Positions 1-9,439 of a stretch of DNA of 64,000 bases are shown piece by piece. Each line of letters starts with the position of its first letter. Positions within the stretch are counted from its first letter, which is position 1. Source of the DNA: a virus; the IMG/VR virus record IMGVR_UViG_3300021090_000723, positions 1 to 64,000 of that record; one strand, given 5' to 3'. The position numbers and the translations under genes were made by a program. Under the pieces are notes generated by a model. It saw only the letters and a program-made list of their open reading frames with translations, had not been told where the DNA came from and searched no databases.

Positions 1-3
1 CGG

Positions 4-1671
4 TCACTCGCAACAGGGCCCGTAGGTTTTGCCGAGGTCGGTGACGCGCCATCCGGCTCGGGTCGCGGCCGAGCGCTGCGCGATGTAGCCGTCCTGGTCG
101 AATACCTGAACTTCGCGGCAGGTCTCACAGGTCATCCTTAGGAACGTCGGGCGAGGGCACGGGCCGGTGTCGGCGCCGCCGATCTCAATTCCCACGGCGA
201 TACCAGCTGGTGTGGCGCTGAAGTTGGCGCATCAGTTCGCGCGGCGAGAGTGTGCGAGGCTCAACCGGTGCCGTCGCATTGAAGACGATCGCGCACATCG
301 CCGTGTCGCAGGCGTACTCGCATTGGCGGTTTGTCCTGGGACAGGTCACTCGGGCGGCTTCTCGGCGGCGCTGTTGAAGGAATCCACGATCATCTGCTCA
401 ACGATGGGCCTGGACCACATCCGGATGCACGAGACGTCGCAGAACCAGAACGTATGGCCCGGGTCGTCTGGCGAGGCGAGAACCCAGCCTTCGCGCTCAC
501 CCTTTGGCCGTGTGCAGCCGTCGCAGCGGTCCATCACTCGGGCTCCTTCGTTTCCGGGGGCAAGGGCTCCATCGGGCGCAGGACCACGGCGCTGTTGACG
601 ATCTGCACCTTGGCGCAGTCCAGCAGCAGGTTGTTGACGCCCGCGCGGCCGGTCGAGGCGAACATCATCAGCCTGCCCTGCCGATCAGCCGCGAGAACCA
701 AGACCTCCTGAAGATCGAACGCCATCGCGCCTTCGAGGACTTGCTGGGCCGGGAGGTCGGCCTTCGTCTCCTGCCGCAGCTTGAGCACGTTGCGCCGTGA
801 TTCCAGCACGCCGTCGAGCCAGCCCTGGACGTACATGAACGCCTGCTTGTCGTAGCCCTCGGCGTCGTTCTTGGCCGCGCCCCAGGCGTCGTGAAACAGC
901 TGTTTGATGCTCATGACATGGCTCCTGGCGGTGGCGGCTTGGTCTGGGTGAACATGCCCGCTTTCTCGGCGGCATTGACCATTTGCGGCGTCAGATCGGC
1001 CCCGACCTCCTTGGCCAGGCGGATGCCGATCTCCCACCAGCGCGTGCCGCCATAGCCGACGGCCACGTTGTGGTCGTGCGGTCGTGCGCGCTCGGTCGGC
1101 GGATGGGTGCTCACCCTGATGGTCTTCTCCTTGGGCTCGGGCCCGCGCCAGAGGGCGCCGACTGACCTGCGGACCATGAGGTAGATCGTGCCGTGCTGCG
1201 TCTCCTTGCCGTGCCACCGCACCTCGTAGCCCACCTGTTGCAGCTGCCACGTGAGCTTGTTGGCGATCTTGAGGAGGTGCGGGACGCTCACTTCGGCAGG
1301 CCCAGGATCTCGTTCAGTTCCTCGTCCGTGATCTCCTCGGGCTCGGGCGCCACTTCATCGGCGCTGGTCAGCGTCAACGTGGTGTCCGCCGAGGACGTCG
1401 CCAGGGATGCGTCGACCGTGACGTAGCCGAAGACGTCAGCGTCACCGTCGATGAATCCCACCTCCCACGTGGGCTCGGGCTGCTTGACCTCGATCAGGAA
1501 GTGCCCGCCCTTCAGGCCGTGATACGCGGGGTCCCAGAAGAAGTCGCCGTTGCGCGGGTTGGCCACATTAGCGACCACGACCTGGTGCGAGCCGTCCGGC
1601 ATCACCTGCGTGATCGTGATCGTCACCGGCCGGTCGTAGTCGAAATCGAAACCACCTATCGAGATTTTCAT
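4..1671 (-). other. Cluster of ~6 small hypothetical phage genes downstream of terL (4-195, 185-349, 346-537, 534-914, 911-1291, 1288-1671)
   Basis: Head-to-tail ORFs with ATGA/GTGA overlaps; several CxxC motifs; no family recognised. Confidence 0.65.
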
Positions 1672-1674
1672 CGT

Positions 1675-4323
1675 TCAACTCCCGTATGGGCTCGCCTTTC
1701 CGTGCTTCTCGCGCTCGGCGATCGCGGTGGCCTCGCGCATCTTCTGCTCTTCGAGTTCGTCGGCATCCGGATACAACCGGCCGAGCGGCAACGCGGTGAA
1801 TGTACCAGTTGCCTGGAGGTAGAGCATCGCCTGCGTGATGGCATCCACAGCATCATCGAATTCGATAGAGCCTTCGCCTGCAAAGGTCGTCATCTGCTCC
1901 ACCAGGGGCTCGCACCAATCGCGGAAGTGGCCCTTGCGGTGGGCGAGGCCCGACTCCGGCAGGAAGAGCATGCCCTGCTTGACCAGGGGCGAGGCCACGT
2001 GCGCGCGCATGGTCTTGGACTGGCCGTGCGGCTCGAAGGGCCAGGACGGAACGCCGAAGCGCTGGAGGGTCTGGCGCAGACTGATGCCGCTCGCCTTGTT
2101 CTCGATCAGCACGAGGTTGGGGAAGCGGCCCTGGTACTTCTTGCGGTAGGTGTCGCGCGTCTTCTCGAGTAGCTCGGGGAAGCCTAGGCGCTCCATCCAG
2201 AAGTCGCAGACCAGCGCCGCATACTTGGACCGCACGCCCATCTTCATCAGTTCGCCGGCGGTGAAGCACTGCTTGGTGTTGAAGACGCCGAGCACGATGC
2301 AGCACGAATAGTCGACCTTGCCCGTCCTGTTGTCGCGCGCCTCCTCCTCCATGGCGGTGTCCATGGTGAGCATGACCATCGAGAACTGGGGGAACGGCTT
2401 GCCCGCTGGCCACAGGCGCAGCCAGGACTTCTTGTAGATGCCGAAGTCCTCGCTATCGATGTCCTCGCCCAGGATCTCGATCTTGCCCAGCTGCGTGCCC
2501 GAGAGCGTCATCACCTCGGACAGGAAGCCGGGGCTGAGGTTCGCCAGGTTCTCGTAGGTGGTGCCGGTGACCACGATGCAGTCCGGGCGCTTGTAGAGGT
2601 TCTTCAGGTACGGGATCGGGCGTGGCGTGGTGCCGAAGACCGCCCTCGATGGCGTGCCGTCTTTGTACGGCAGGCGGACGCCGAGCATCATGTTCGAGTG
2701 CACGAATTCGAGGTTGCCCGCCGGGCGGTCCCACTCGCGGAGTTCGTCCCCGATTCCGGCGTGGCACTGCGGGCCACGGAGGCGCCCGCCCTGGTCCTTG
2801 GCGCCGAAGCCGCGGATCAGGCTCCCGTTCTTGAGCAATAGCTCGTGGTGGGTGCTGTCGTAGGCGTGCTCCCACGATTCCTTGTACAGCAGGCCAGCGG
2901 GGATGACGGATCGGAAGCCTGCGGGCCCGAGGAAGAGCGTTCCGCGCACGTCGTTCAAGGTGGGCGCGACCGCGTGCCCGATCAGGTTGGGTAGCCGCGC
3001 CATTTCGTGGCCCAGCCATTGGCACTCGGCCTCGGTGTTGTGGGTTGGGACCATCCCCATGCCAGCCAGGTACAGCTTCGATGGACTATCGACCGTGATG
3101 CATCGCACAGGCACGCTATCGATCGGGGTCACATCCGTGATGTAGCGATGGGTCTGGCGCCGCCATTGAGACCGTTTAGCCAGCTGCCGCTTTGCTTTGC
3201 GCTCAAGCCTGAAGACGGGGAAGTAGGCGGTGAAATGGATGCGCCACTTGTAGCCGCAATCCCTGCCCCGCAGCCTGGACCGGCCAGCCGTCGTGGTCGG
3301 CTTCAGCCCCAACGACCGCAGCAATTCTACAGTATGGGCCGCGAGCATTGGGTTGGTAGTTGTGAACTCGCACGTCCCGTTCTCTGCGTGCGCGTGGCCA
3401 TCCGTGTCCATCAGGCCTTGGAGCAACGCTATGCGCTGCGCGGCACTCGCCCGCAGATAATCCTGAGGGATGTGCTTGTCATCGTAGACCCCCGCTGCGC
3501 GCAGCATTTTCGTGATGGTTTCGTTACGCTCGGCCGCAAGCCTAATTCTGATGTCGAAGCATGTCCGTTGCTTGATGGTCGAGGGCCAGAAGCCAGCGAG
3601 GCGCAATTCACGTTCAAAGTGTTCAACATCCCTGGCGCCGCAGTGAAGCGTGCCGATGTCGCTATTCCCATCCCCAAGCCAAGCCCCCAGAACGTAAGGA
3701 TCGAGCGGCAAATCTTTCGCGGGCAAGCAGAGCGCCTCGGTACAGGCGATCGAATGGTTGGTTTCTTGCTTTCTTCCGACCGTTAGGGTGTCAGCGATCT
3801 GCTTGGTCGTGCGGACTTCAGCGTGGCGCCGCGGCCGGACAGCACGGCCTTGGGACTTCCGGGCCCATTTATCCCAGGTGAGCCATCCATGATCCTCGTC
3901 GGCGACTATTTCGGCGCCATCACTGAATTGCACGAGAAAGCACGGCCGATTGATCTGCACTGGCCATGCTTCGAGTACGGTGCTTATAGCGCCAGCTTCG
4001 TCGAAGACGCGATCGCCGCGCTTGAGCGCACCCATCGTGGTCCAGCCAGACGGTGTTGGGATTGGCGTTTCGAGGCAAAGCGCCTTTCCAAAACCCCTTC
4101 CGCTCTTCCAGATCAGCAGGCGCCAATCGCGCTGATCGGTGGGGACTTGCTTGCCGGCGCGCTTGCCAGCACATGCGCGCTGCGTCCAGAGTTCACTCCA
4201 GTCGATGACCGTTTTGAGATCGGCGTCCGATGCGATGCCCTGGACGCCGGCAGCGTCCATCTTGCTCGTGTAACGGCGCTGATCCTCTGCATCGCCAAGC
4301 GCGGATAGATCAATATCGATCAT
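1675..4323 (-). CDS. terL: Terminase large subunit (intein-containing)
   Basis: Walker A SGRGFGK|T split by an intein; RLRGPQ..GDE Walker B region; GTTP coupling motif; C-terminal RNase H-like nuclease (MDTA, IENKASG, FDDAVDAITQA). Confidence 0.95.
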   Translation of the reverse strand: MIDIDLSALGDAEDQRRYTSKMDAAGVQGIASDADLKTVIDWSELWTQRACAGKRAGKQVPTDQRDWRLLIWKSGRGFGKALCLETPIPTPSGWTTMGALKRGDRVFDEAGAISTVLEAWPVQINRPCFLVQFSDGAEIVADEDHGWLTWDKWARKSQGRAVRPRRHAEVRTTKQIADTLTVGRKQETNHSIACTEALCLPAKDLPLDPYVLGAWLGDGNSDIGTLHCGARDVEHFERELRLAGFWPSTIKQRTCFDIRIRLAAERNETITKMLRAAGVYDDKHIPQDYLRASAAQRIALLQGLMDTDGHAHAENGTCEFTTTNPMLAAHTVELLRSLGLKPTTTAGRSRLRGRDCGYKWRIHFTAYFPVFRLERKAKRQLAKRSQWRRQTHRYITDVTPIDSVPVRCITVDSPSKLYLAGMGMVPTHNTEAECQWLGHEMARLPNLIGHAVAPTLNDVRGTLFLGPAGFRSVIPAGLLYKESWEHAYDSTHHELLLKNGSLIRGFGAKDQGGRLRGPQCHAGIGDELREWDRPAGNLEFVHSNMMLGVRLPYKDGTPSRAVFGTTPRPIPYLKNLYKRPDCIVVTGTTYENLANLSPGFLSEVMTLSGTQLGKIEILGEDIDSEDFGIYKKSWLRLWPAGKPFPQFSMVMLTMDTAMEEEARDNRTGKVDYSCCIVLGVFNTKQCFTAGELMKMGVRSKYAALVCDFWMERLGFPELLEKTRDTYRKKYQGRFPNLVLIENKASGISLRQTLQRFGVPSWPFEPHGQSKTMRAHVASPLVKQGMLFLPESGLAHRKGHFRDWCEPLVEQMTTFAGEGSIEFDDAVDAITQAMLYLQATGTFTALPLGRLYPDADELEEQKMREATAIAEREKHGKASPYGS
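3037..4083 (-). mobile_element. Class 3 intein with LAGLIDADG homing endonuclease (349 aa) inserted in the TerL P-loop
   Basis: Starts ALCLETPIPTPSGWTTMG; block B ADEDHGW; LAGLIDADG motifs VLGAWLGDG and LLQGLMDTDG; block F VRCITV; ends PTHN followed by +1 Thr. Confidence 0.92.
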
Positions 4324-4343
4324 CGAGGATCAGGCGCACCGCT

Positions 4344-5996
4344 TCAACTCCGGGAGACGCCCGCTCCGATGCGAGCCCGATCAGCCCGGTAAGCCATACA
4401 GTTCGAGCAGTTGCAGCAGCCGACTGGATCGGGCTTGGGGAGCTTGGCGTACATGGGCCCCTTCGGACCGTTCACGAGCGCCGCACCGGGCCCGCCGTGA
4501 CCGGCCTCGATCACTGCACCAGGCCCGCCGAGGTAGACGTCTGGGTGCGCGTGGCGGTCCTCCTGCGCCGCCTTCAGTTCATCGAGGTACGCCATGCTGG
4601 GCGGCGCCATGCCCCCGATATCGCCCATCATGTGCGAGTCGACCAGCCGCTGCATGGCGTCCTTGATGATGGCCTCATACTGCGGCGACCACACTTCGAA
4701 CACATCACCAGGCTCAGCGCCCGCCAGGTCGACCTCGACCTTGATCCCGAGCAGGTTCATCAGACCCTTGGGCGCAGTACGGACAGCCACCCTGTCGCGC
4801 TTGATCTGCGCCATGGCCGTCATGAGCGCCTCCTCGGTCAGGTTGCCCTGCCCAGGCGCGACCGTGTTGGTGAAGAGGAGCGGAGGGTGCGCCGCGTTCA
4901 CGATCGCATCGAGGACCGCACGCTGCTTGGCATCGAGCGCAGCCTGGCCGCAGGCCTCCGCGATCAGCTGCTTGGTGCTCTTGCCGGAGAGCATCGCTCC
5001 AACAGCGTCGATCTGGTCGTCGAACGCCTGGTTCAGGAGGCGCGCGGCTGTGATCTCTTGCTGCTCCCGGTAGGCTTTGCGGGCGGCTTCCATCGCTTTC
5101 AGTTTGGCCTGGCGCTCTTGCTCGATGATGGCTGGGTGCACGCTCGTGTTCAGCGCCACGCCGTCGCCCATCACCGCCTGCGCAGCGGCGGTCTTGCCCA
5201 TGTTGCGCCCGCCCAGGAACACCGCCTTGCCAGGCTTCCTCTGGGGCATGAAGCGATGGCCGTCGCGCGGGTTCGTCAGGTCGGTGTAGGTCGACCAGCC
5301 GCACTCCAGGCACCGGCCCTTGTGGATGCGCGGCTCGCCATCGCCGCGGTAGACGCCCCAGCGGGTGCGGGAGAGCGAGACGAAGCCCAGCTTGCCGCAC
5401 TGGATGCAGAGTTCGTCGCCCACCCGGCCATTGCAGACGCGCCGGTCAAGCTCCGCGATGTCCGTGTAGCTCAGCCCGCAGCGTTTGCAGCTGTCGGTCA
5501 AGCCGTCGTACTCGTGCCCGGCGCGGATGAGCCAGCCGTCCATCGTGAAATGGCGGCTCCCGCGCGACCGCGCTTGCGGGTCCTTCGCGTAGTCCTCGGC
5601 CCACTCGCGGTATTTCGCCTTGTCCTCGTCCGAGTCCGACAGCATCGGGTGGTGGTAGAGCGTGTTTGTCGGCGCCCGCCCATCGAGCACGGCCATTCGG
5701 TTGCGCAGATCCGCATAGGCGAAAACCGCCGGCTGATGGCTCGGTGGGGTGTGGTCGAGATTGATCTCGATCTCTTCGAGCGCGTCCTCGCTCAGGTCGC
5801 GGTCATCTTCGAGCACGTACACGCACGAGGCGAGCTCCTCGAAGTCGTAGACCATGGCGGTTGGCAGATAGTCGGGCATGTCCGCCAAGGCCTCGGCCCG
5901 CACGGTCGGCATCGCCATGTCCCGCTCGATCTCGCGTTGGATCATGCGCATGCGCGCGTTGATGTCCTGGAATTCGTAGATGGCTGCGGTGGTCAA
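4344..5996 (-). CDS. 550-aa mosaic hypothetical protein with Zn-finger-like CxxC pairs, a lone P-loop and capsid/portal-like fragments
   Basis: Long ORF with genome-typical codon use, overlapping the upstream stop; motifs GGRNMGKT, GDGVALNTSVHP, AARLLNQAF, AAHPPLLF, NLTEEAL. Confidence 0.8.
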   Translation of the reverse strand: MTTAAIYEFQDINARMRMIQREIERDMAMPTVRAEALADMPDYLPTAMVYDFEELASCVYVLEDDRDLSEDALEEIEINLDHTPPSHQPAVFAYADLRNRMAVLDGRAPTNTLYHHPMLSDSDEDKAKYREWAEDYAKDPQARSRGSRHFTMDGWLIRAGHEYDGLTDSCKRCGLSYTDIAELDRRVCNGRVGDELCIQCGKLGFVSLSRTRWGVYRGDGEPRIHKGRCLECGWSTYTDLTNPRDGHRFMPQRKPGKAVFLGGRNMGKTAAAQAVMGDGVALNTSVHPAIIEQERQAKLKAMEAARKAYREQQEITAARLLNQAFDDQIDAVGAMLSGKSTKQLIAEACGQAALDAKQRAVLDAIVNAAHPPLLFTNTVAPGQGNLTEEALMTAMAQIKRDRVAVRTAPKGLMNLLGIKVEVDLAGAEPGDVFEVWSPQYEAIIKDAMQRLVDSHMMGDIGGMAPPSMAYLDELKAAQEDRHAHPDVYLGGPGAVIEAGHGGPGAALVNGPKGPMYAKLPKPDPVGCCNCSNCMAYRADRARIGAGVSRS

Positions 5997-6340
5997 CGGC
6001 GTGCCCTCCTGCGGTCTTCGGCTTGCGGTGCCGTCGGATGATACAGGAACTTGCCCGTGCGTTCACGCTCGTCCGGCCGAGTGTTCCCAACATTCTTGCG
6101 GCCGTGGAAATCGTTGCGGCGCTCACCCCTCGACGGGAAGCTGTTGCCCTTGATCCTCCGGCGCTCGCGGCGCTGGAGCGGTGGACCCTTCGGGTGCGTC
6201 TGCTTTGCGCGGCGCTCGGCCTCGATCGTGATGTAGCCCGGCGCGCCAGCGAAGCGCGTGTCGATCATTTCGCGGATATCGGCCATGTTGTGGCCCTCGC
6301 GGGCCATGCGCCAGGCGTGCATCACGACGTTGTTCGCCAT
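5993..6340 (-). CDS. Hypothetical basic protein
   Basis: GGAGG RBS upstream; coupled to neighbouring ORFs. Confidence 0.6.
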   Translation of the reverse strand: MANNVVMHAWRMAREGHNMADIREMIDTRFAGAPGYITIEAERRAKQTHPKGPPLQRRERRRIKGNSFPSRGERRNDFHGRKNVGNTRPDERERTGKFLYHPTAPQAEDRRRARR

Positions 6341-6540
6341 CAGGTTTCCTCCCTCTTGAAGATGCACTCGCAAGCGGCCGAGCCCCCGAGCCCGTCGTTT
6401 GGATCGACAATCTGGCGCTGGGCCACCAGTTCCCAGCCCATCGAGCCGTACTGGTTCAGGGTGTCCTGAAGCGACGAATAGCGCGAAAGGGTGGGCACGA
6501 CCACCGGCAGGACCAGGTATGTCCAGTGCTTGCCGCTCAC
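6340..6540 (-). CDS. DUF4177-like small protein
   Basis: W.Y.V...LQDTLNQYGSMGWELV...IFKRE pattern. Confidence 0.6.
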   Translation of the reverse strand: MSGKHWTYLVLPVVVPTLSRYSSLQDTLNQYGSMGWELVAQRQIVDPNDGLGGSAACECIFKREET

Positions 6541-6932
6541 GCCTTCGCCTTCAGGTGCTTGATGAGCGCGGCCTTGGTCATCGTGTGGCAGCGGATGCGC
6601 AGGCGAGGCGGGTCGTAGACGATCGTCGGGTATTTGCGCCAAACGACCACGTCATCGCCCTTGGTGCGCTGGCCCTCGAACCACTTCAGCGCGATAGCGC
6701 AGGCCTTGGCCAGGTCCAAGCGGGGCGGTGGCGGCTGGCCATCGGGGCTCGGGACGCCATCGATCAGCAGCAGGTACACGGTCTTGTCGAACTGCGAGTA
6801 GGCGCCGGGGAAGCCCAGGATCTGCGTCGGGAAGAGCGCGCGTATGTCGTTGTCGAGCATGGCGATCAGCGCCCCGGGCTCGATCTTCGGCGGGGGCGTG
6901 GGCTTGGGCTTCTTCTTGCGGACGGTGGTCAT
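6537..6932 (-). CDS. Hypothetical protein
   Basis: Coupled ORF starting MTTVRKKKP. Confidence 0.55.
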   Translation of the reverse strand: MTTVRKKKPKPTPPPKIEPGALIAMLDNDIRALFPTQILGFPGAYSQFDKTVYLLLIDGVPSPDGQPPPPRLDLAKACAIALKWFEGQRTKGDDVVVWRKYPTIVYDPPRLRIRCHTMTKAALIKHLKAKA

Positions 6933-7279
6933 GACTTGCCCCTCGGCACGGTGGCCTGGTCCGGCTCTTCGCCTTGGCCGCGGCCGCCGGCAGCGCGCAA
7001 GCCCTTCAGGTCCATGGCAGGCCCGGCGCGCTCGCCGCTCCCGAAGATCGGTATCTTGGCGGTCGCCATCGGGTGCTCGAAGCAATAGTGCTGCGGGAGC
7101 ACGACAGGGAAGATGGTCTGGAAGAGCGGGCGTTGCACGTTCGTGAGGCGGTCCCGCTCAGCGCCCACGATCACGGTGACGGGCGGGTGCGCTCGGCACT
7201 GGCCGCCGTTCTCCGGCTTGGTGGGCTGGTCTGGGTGGAACTTGTCGCACGTGGTGCAGTCGAAGTCTGGTCGAGCCAT
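6929..7279 (-). CDS. Four-Cys phage protein (CxxC...CR.xPP...FP...C.EH)
   Basis: CTTC, GQCRAHPP, FPVVLPQHYCFEH; similar to 44931-45248. Confidence 0.65.
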   Translation of the reverse strand: MARPDFDCTTCDKFHPDQPTKPENGGQCRAHPPVTVIVGAERDRLTNVQRPLFQTIFPVVLPQHYCFEHPMATAKIPIFGSGERAGPAMDLKGLRAAGGRGQGEEPDQATVPRGKS

Positions 7280-7336
7280 GCGGGGGGGCGCCCTGTTTGC
7301 TTCGCAGGAACACCCTTAAACTGATTCGCGCGTCAG

Positions 7337-8493
7337 CTACGAGCGCGGGGCTGGCTTTTCGTCATCGTCTCGGGCGGCCATCAGTTCGCGGAAGGCCCTC
7401 ACGTCATCGGTCCGCACGTCCATGCCCTTGGCGGTGATCGACCAGACCAGGCGCTTGCTCCCTCGGGGCCCATCGATCATGCGGTACTCGATCAGGCCCG
7501 CATCGCGGAGCGTGTCCCAGTCCTCCGGCCAGCCCCACTCGCACTCGGCCTTGCCGATCGACAGGCCGCTCTCGTGGACGAAGCCTTCCGACTTCGCGCC
7601 GTTGAACAGCCCGGCAAAGCAGCCCCTGACGCGCACCGATTGCTTGGCGATCTCGTTGGCAGGACGAGCGGCCATGCTGTCGCGCACGGCCTGCTCCAAT
7701 GGTCCTGGCTCGCTCATCGCTTGGTGACCTCGATGTTGACGGTGGTGCAGATGGAATCGCCCTGATGCTTGGCCCACAGCTGCTCGATCGCGTTGTCCGT
7801 CACGCCGGCGAGCGTCAGCAGGTTCTTCTCCGCGATCAGCCAGTTCACGATGGCCCCACGCCTGGTGTCGCACACGGTGTTGACCAGGATATCCCCGTAC
7901 TCGACCACGGCCCAGCCGGTCTTGGGGCTCATCAGCCCATCCTCGAATAGCGCCACCACAGGGCCCAATCCCTCACGGTCCACCGGCGTTGGCAGTAGGC
8001 GCAGCCGCACAGGCGCTTCGGCGTCAGGCGCAGACGATGATCGGTCATACCAGGTCTCCCAATGGAACGTGCTCGACGTAGGCGCCCTTGGAGCGCCAGA
8101 CCGCCTTGCAGCTGTTGCATGTCAGCGCGGAATAGTCGCTCGGCGTTTGGTGGCCGCCGCTGAACTTTGAGTGGTTGCAGCGGTATTGCCACACGATCCA
8201 GCGCCGTTGCTCAAGCGGCTTCTTGCTCTCCGGACACCGGCAATAGCCCCCGCTGCTCATTGGAGGTCGAACCCATGGCGCTCGGCGATGCGGCGCACCC
8301 GGCGATCATCGGCGTATGTCGACTTGTGCTCCTGGAACCAAAGCCCCACGCCCTGCTCGTACATATCCCCCGCCTTGGCCTTGGTCGGATCGCGCATAAG
8401 CTCCTCGCGCTGCGAGTCCAGGTCCACCTGGTCCTGAAGCTCCGCGATCGTCTCCAGGTACTCGAAGTCCCGCCGCGCGGTCGCGTACCTCAT
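7337..8493 (-). other. Cluster of small hypothetical genes (7337-7717, 7714-7932, 7932-8048, 8045-8260, 8257-8493)
   Basis: Chain of ATGA/TGATG-coupled ORFs. Confidence 0.6.
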
Positions 8494-9176
8494 GTGCCCC
8501 CCGGCTTGACCACCGGCGCCGGCAGCTTGGCGAAAATCGGTTTGCCGCCCGCCATCGCGTTGTCCCGGACGATCTTCAGCAGCGCCTTGAACGTCCGTTG
8601 CTTCGCCTCGTCCTCCTCAGGCGTGATCTGGGGCGGAGGCTCGGGCTCGATCTTGCGCCGCCACCTGTTCGGGTCGCGGTTGTGGAGGAAGAGCGCAATC
8701 GCGCCGACCTCCGCGGGGATGTGCTCCTCGAACGGCACGATGACCGGCACCTGCCTGCGCGTGATGATGCGCTGGCCTCGCCCGTTGACCGTCTCCTTCG
8801 TCTCCGTCCCAAGGAATATCTTCACCGCCGTCACGCTGTAGCCCATCGCCCGCTGGACGAGGGAAGCCTCGATCACCTCGTTCACCTGCTCCTTCGTGCG
8901 CGTGACCGCCTGAAGAAACTCTGGGTGCGCGTGCTTCCAGGTGATGAACGTGCGGTGGGTGACGCCGATGATCTGGGCGATTTGCTCGTCGGTCAGCTTC
9001 AGCTTGATGCCCGCCTTTGCCATGGCTGGGATGCCCTGGTGGTACTTGGTCGAGCGTCCGCCTGGGTGGAGGCCGTTGGAGCGTGGCGGGCTGGTTGGGG
9101 CCTTGAAGACGACGCGCTTTGGCGGCACTCGCCTTGCCCGCTTCTTCGGCGCTGGCTTGGGCTTCTTCTTGGCCAT
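8490..9176 (-). CDS. terS: Terminase small subunit-like HTH protein
   Basis: GRSTKY...LTDEQIAQIIGVTHRTFITWKHAHPEF...SLVQRAMGY...FLHNRDPNRWR is typical of TerS; lies upstream of terL. Confidence 0.75.
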   Translation of the reverse strand: MAKKKPKPAPKKRARRVPPKRVVFKAPTSPPRSNGLHPGGRSTKYHQGIPAMAKAGIKLKLTDEQIAQIIGVTHRTFITWKHAHPEFLQAVTRTKEQVNEVIEASLVQRAMGYSVTAVKIFLGTETKETVNGRGQRIITRRQVPVIVPFEEHIPAEVGAIALFLHNRDPNRWRRKIEPEPPPQITPEEDEAKQRTFKALLKIVRDNAMAGGKPIFAKLPAPVVKPGGT

Positions 9177-9439
9177 CAGGTCTTGGGGCTCCGCATCAGG
9201 CTCTCGATGCGCTCGATGATATCCCCGAGGCTGGCGTTGTCCCCTATCAGATCATCGGGCATGCGCATATCGAGATCGTCCTCTATCTGGAGGAGGAACT
9301 CGGTGACGTCCAGGCTGTCCATGCCCAGGTCTTGGTGGACCTTGCTGTCCTTGGTCATGGGCATGTTGCGCACGAGGATGCCGGCGCAACGGAAAACGGC
9401 CGCGTGGATCTGCTCGTAGGTGGGCGGGAGGCGCTTCAC
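9176..9439 (-). CDS. Acyl carrier protein (phosphopantetheine-binding domain), 87 aa
   Basis: DLGMDSLDVTEFLLQIEDDLDMRMPDD...SLGDII with the DSL serine; GGAGAGG RBS before a GTG start. Confidence 0.85.
   Translation of the reverse strand: MKRLPPTYEQIHAAVFRCAGILVRNMPMTKDSKVHQDLGMDSLDVTEFLLQIEDDLDMRMPDDLIGDNASLGDIIERIESLMRSPKT

Noticed and set aside
886-899. CGTGAAACA half-parS
   Set aside because: Only one arm matches; expected by chance
7308-7335. GGAAC...CGTC as an EcfG-type promoter
   Set aside because: Wrong spacing, and oriented opposite to the surrounding genes
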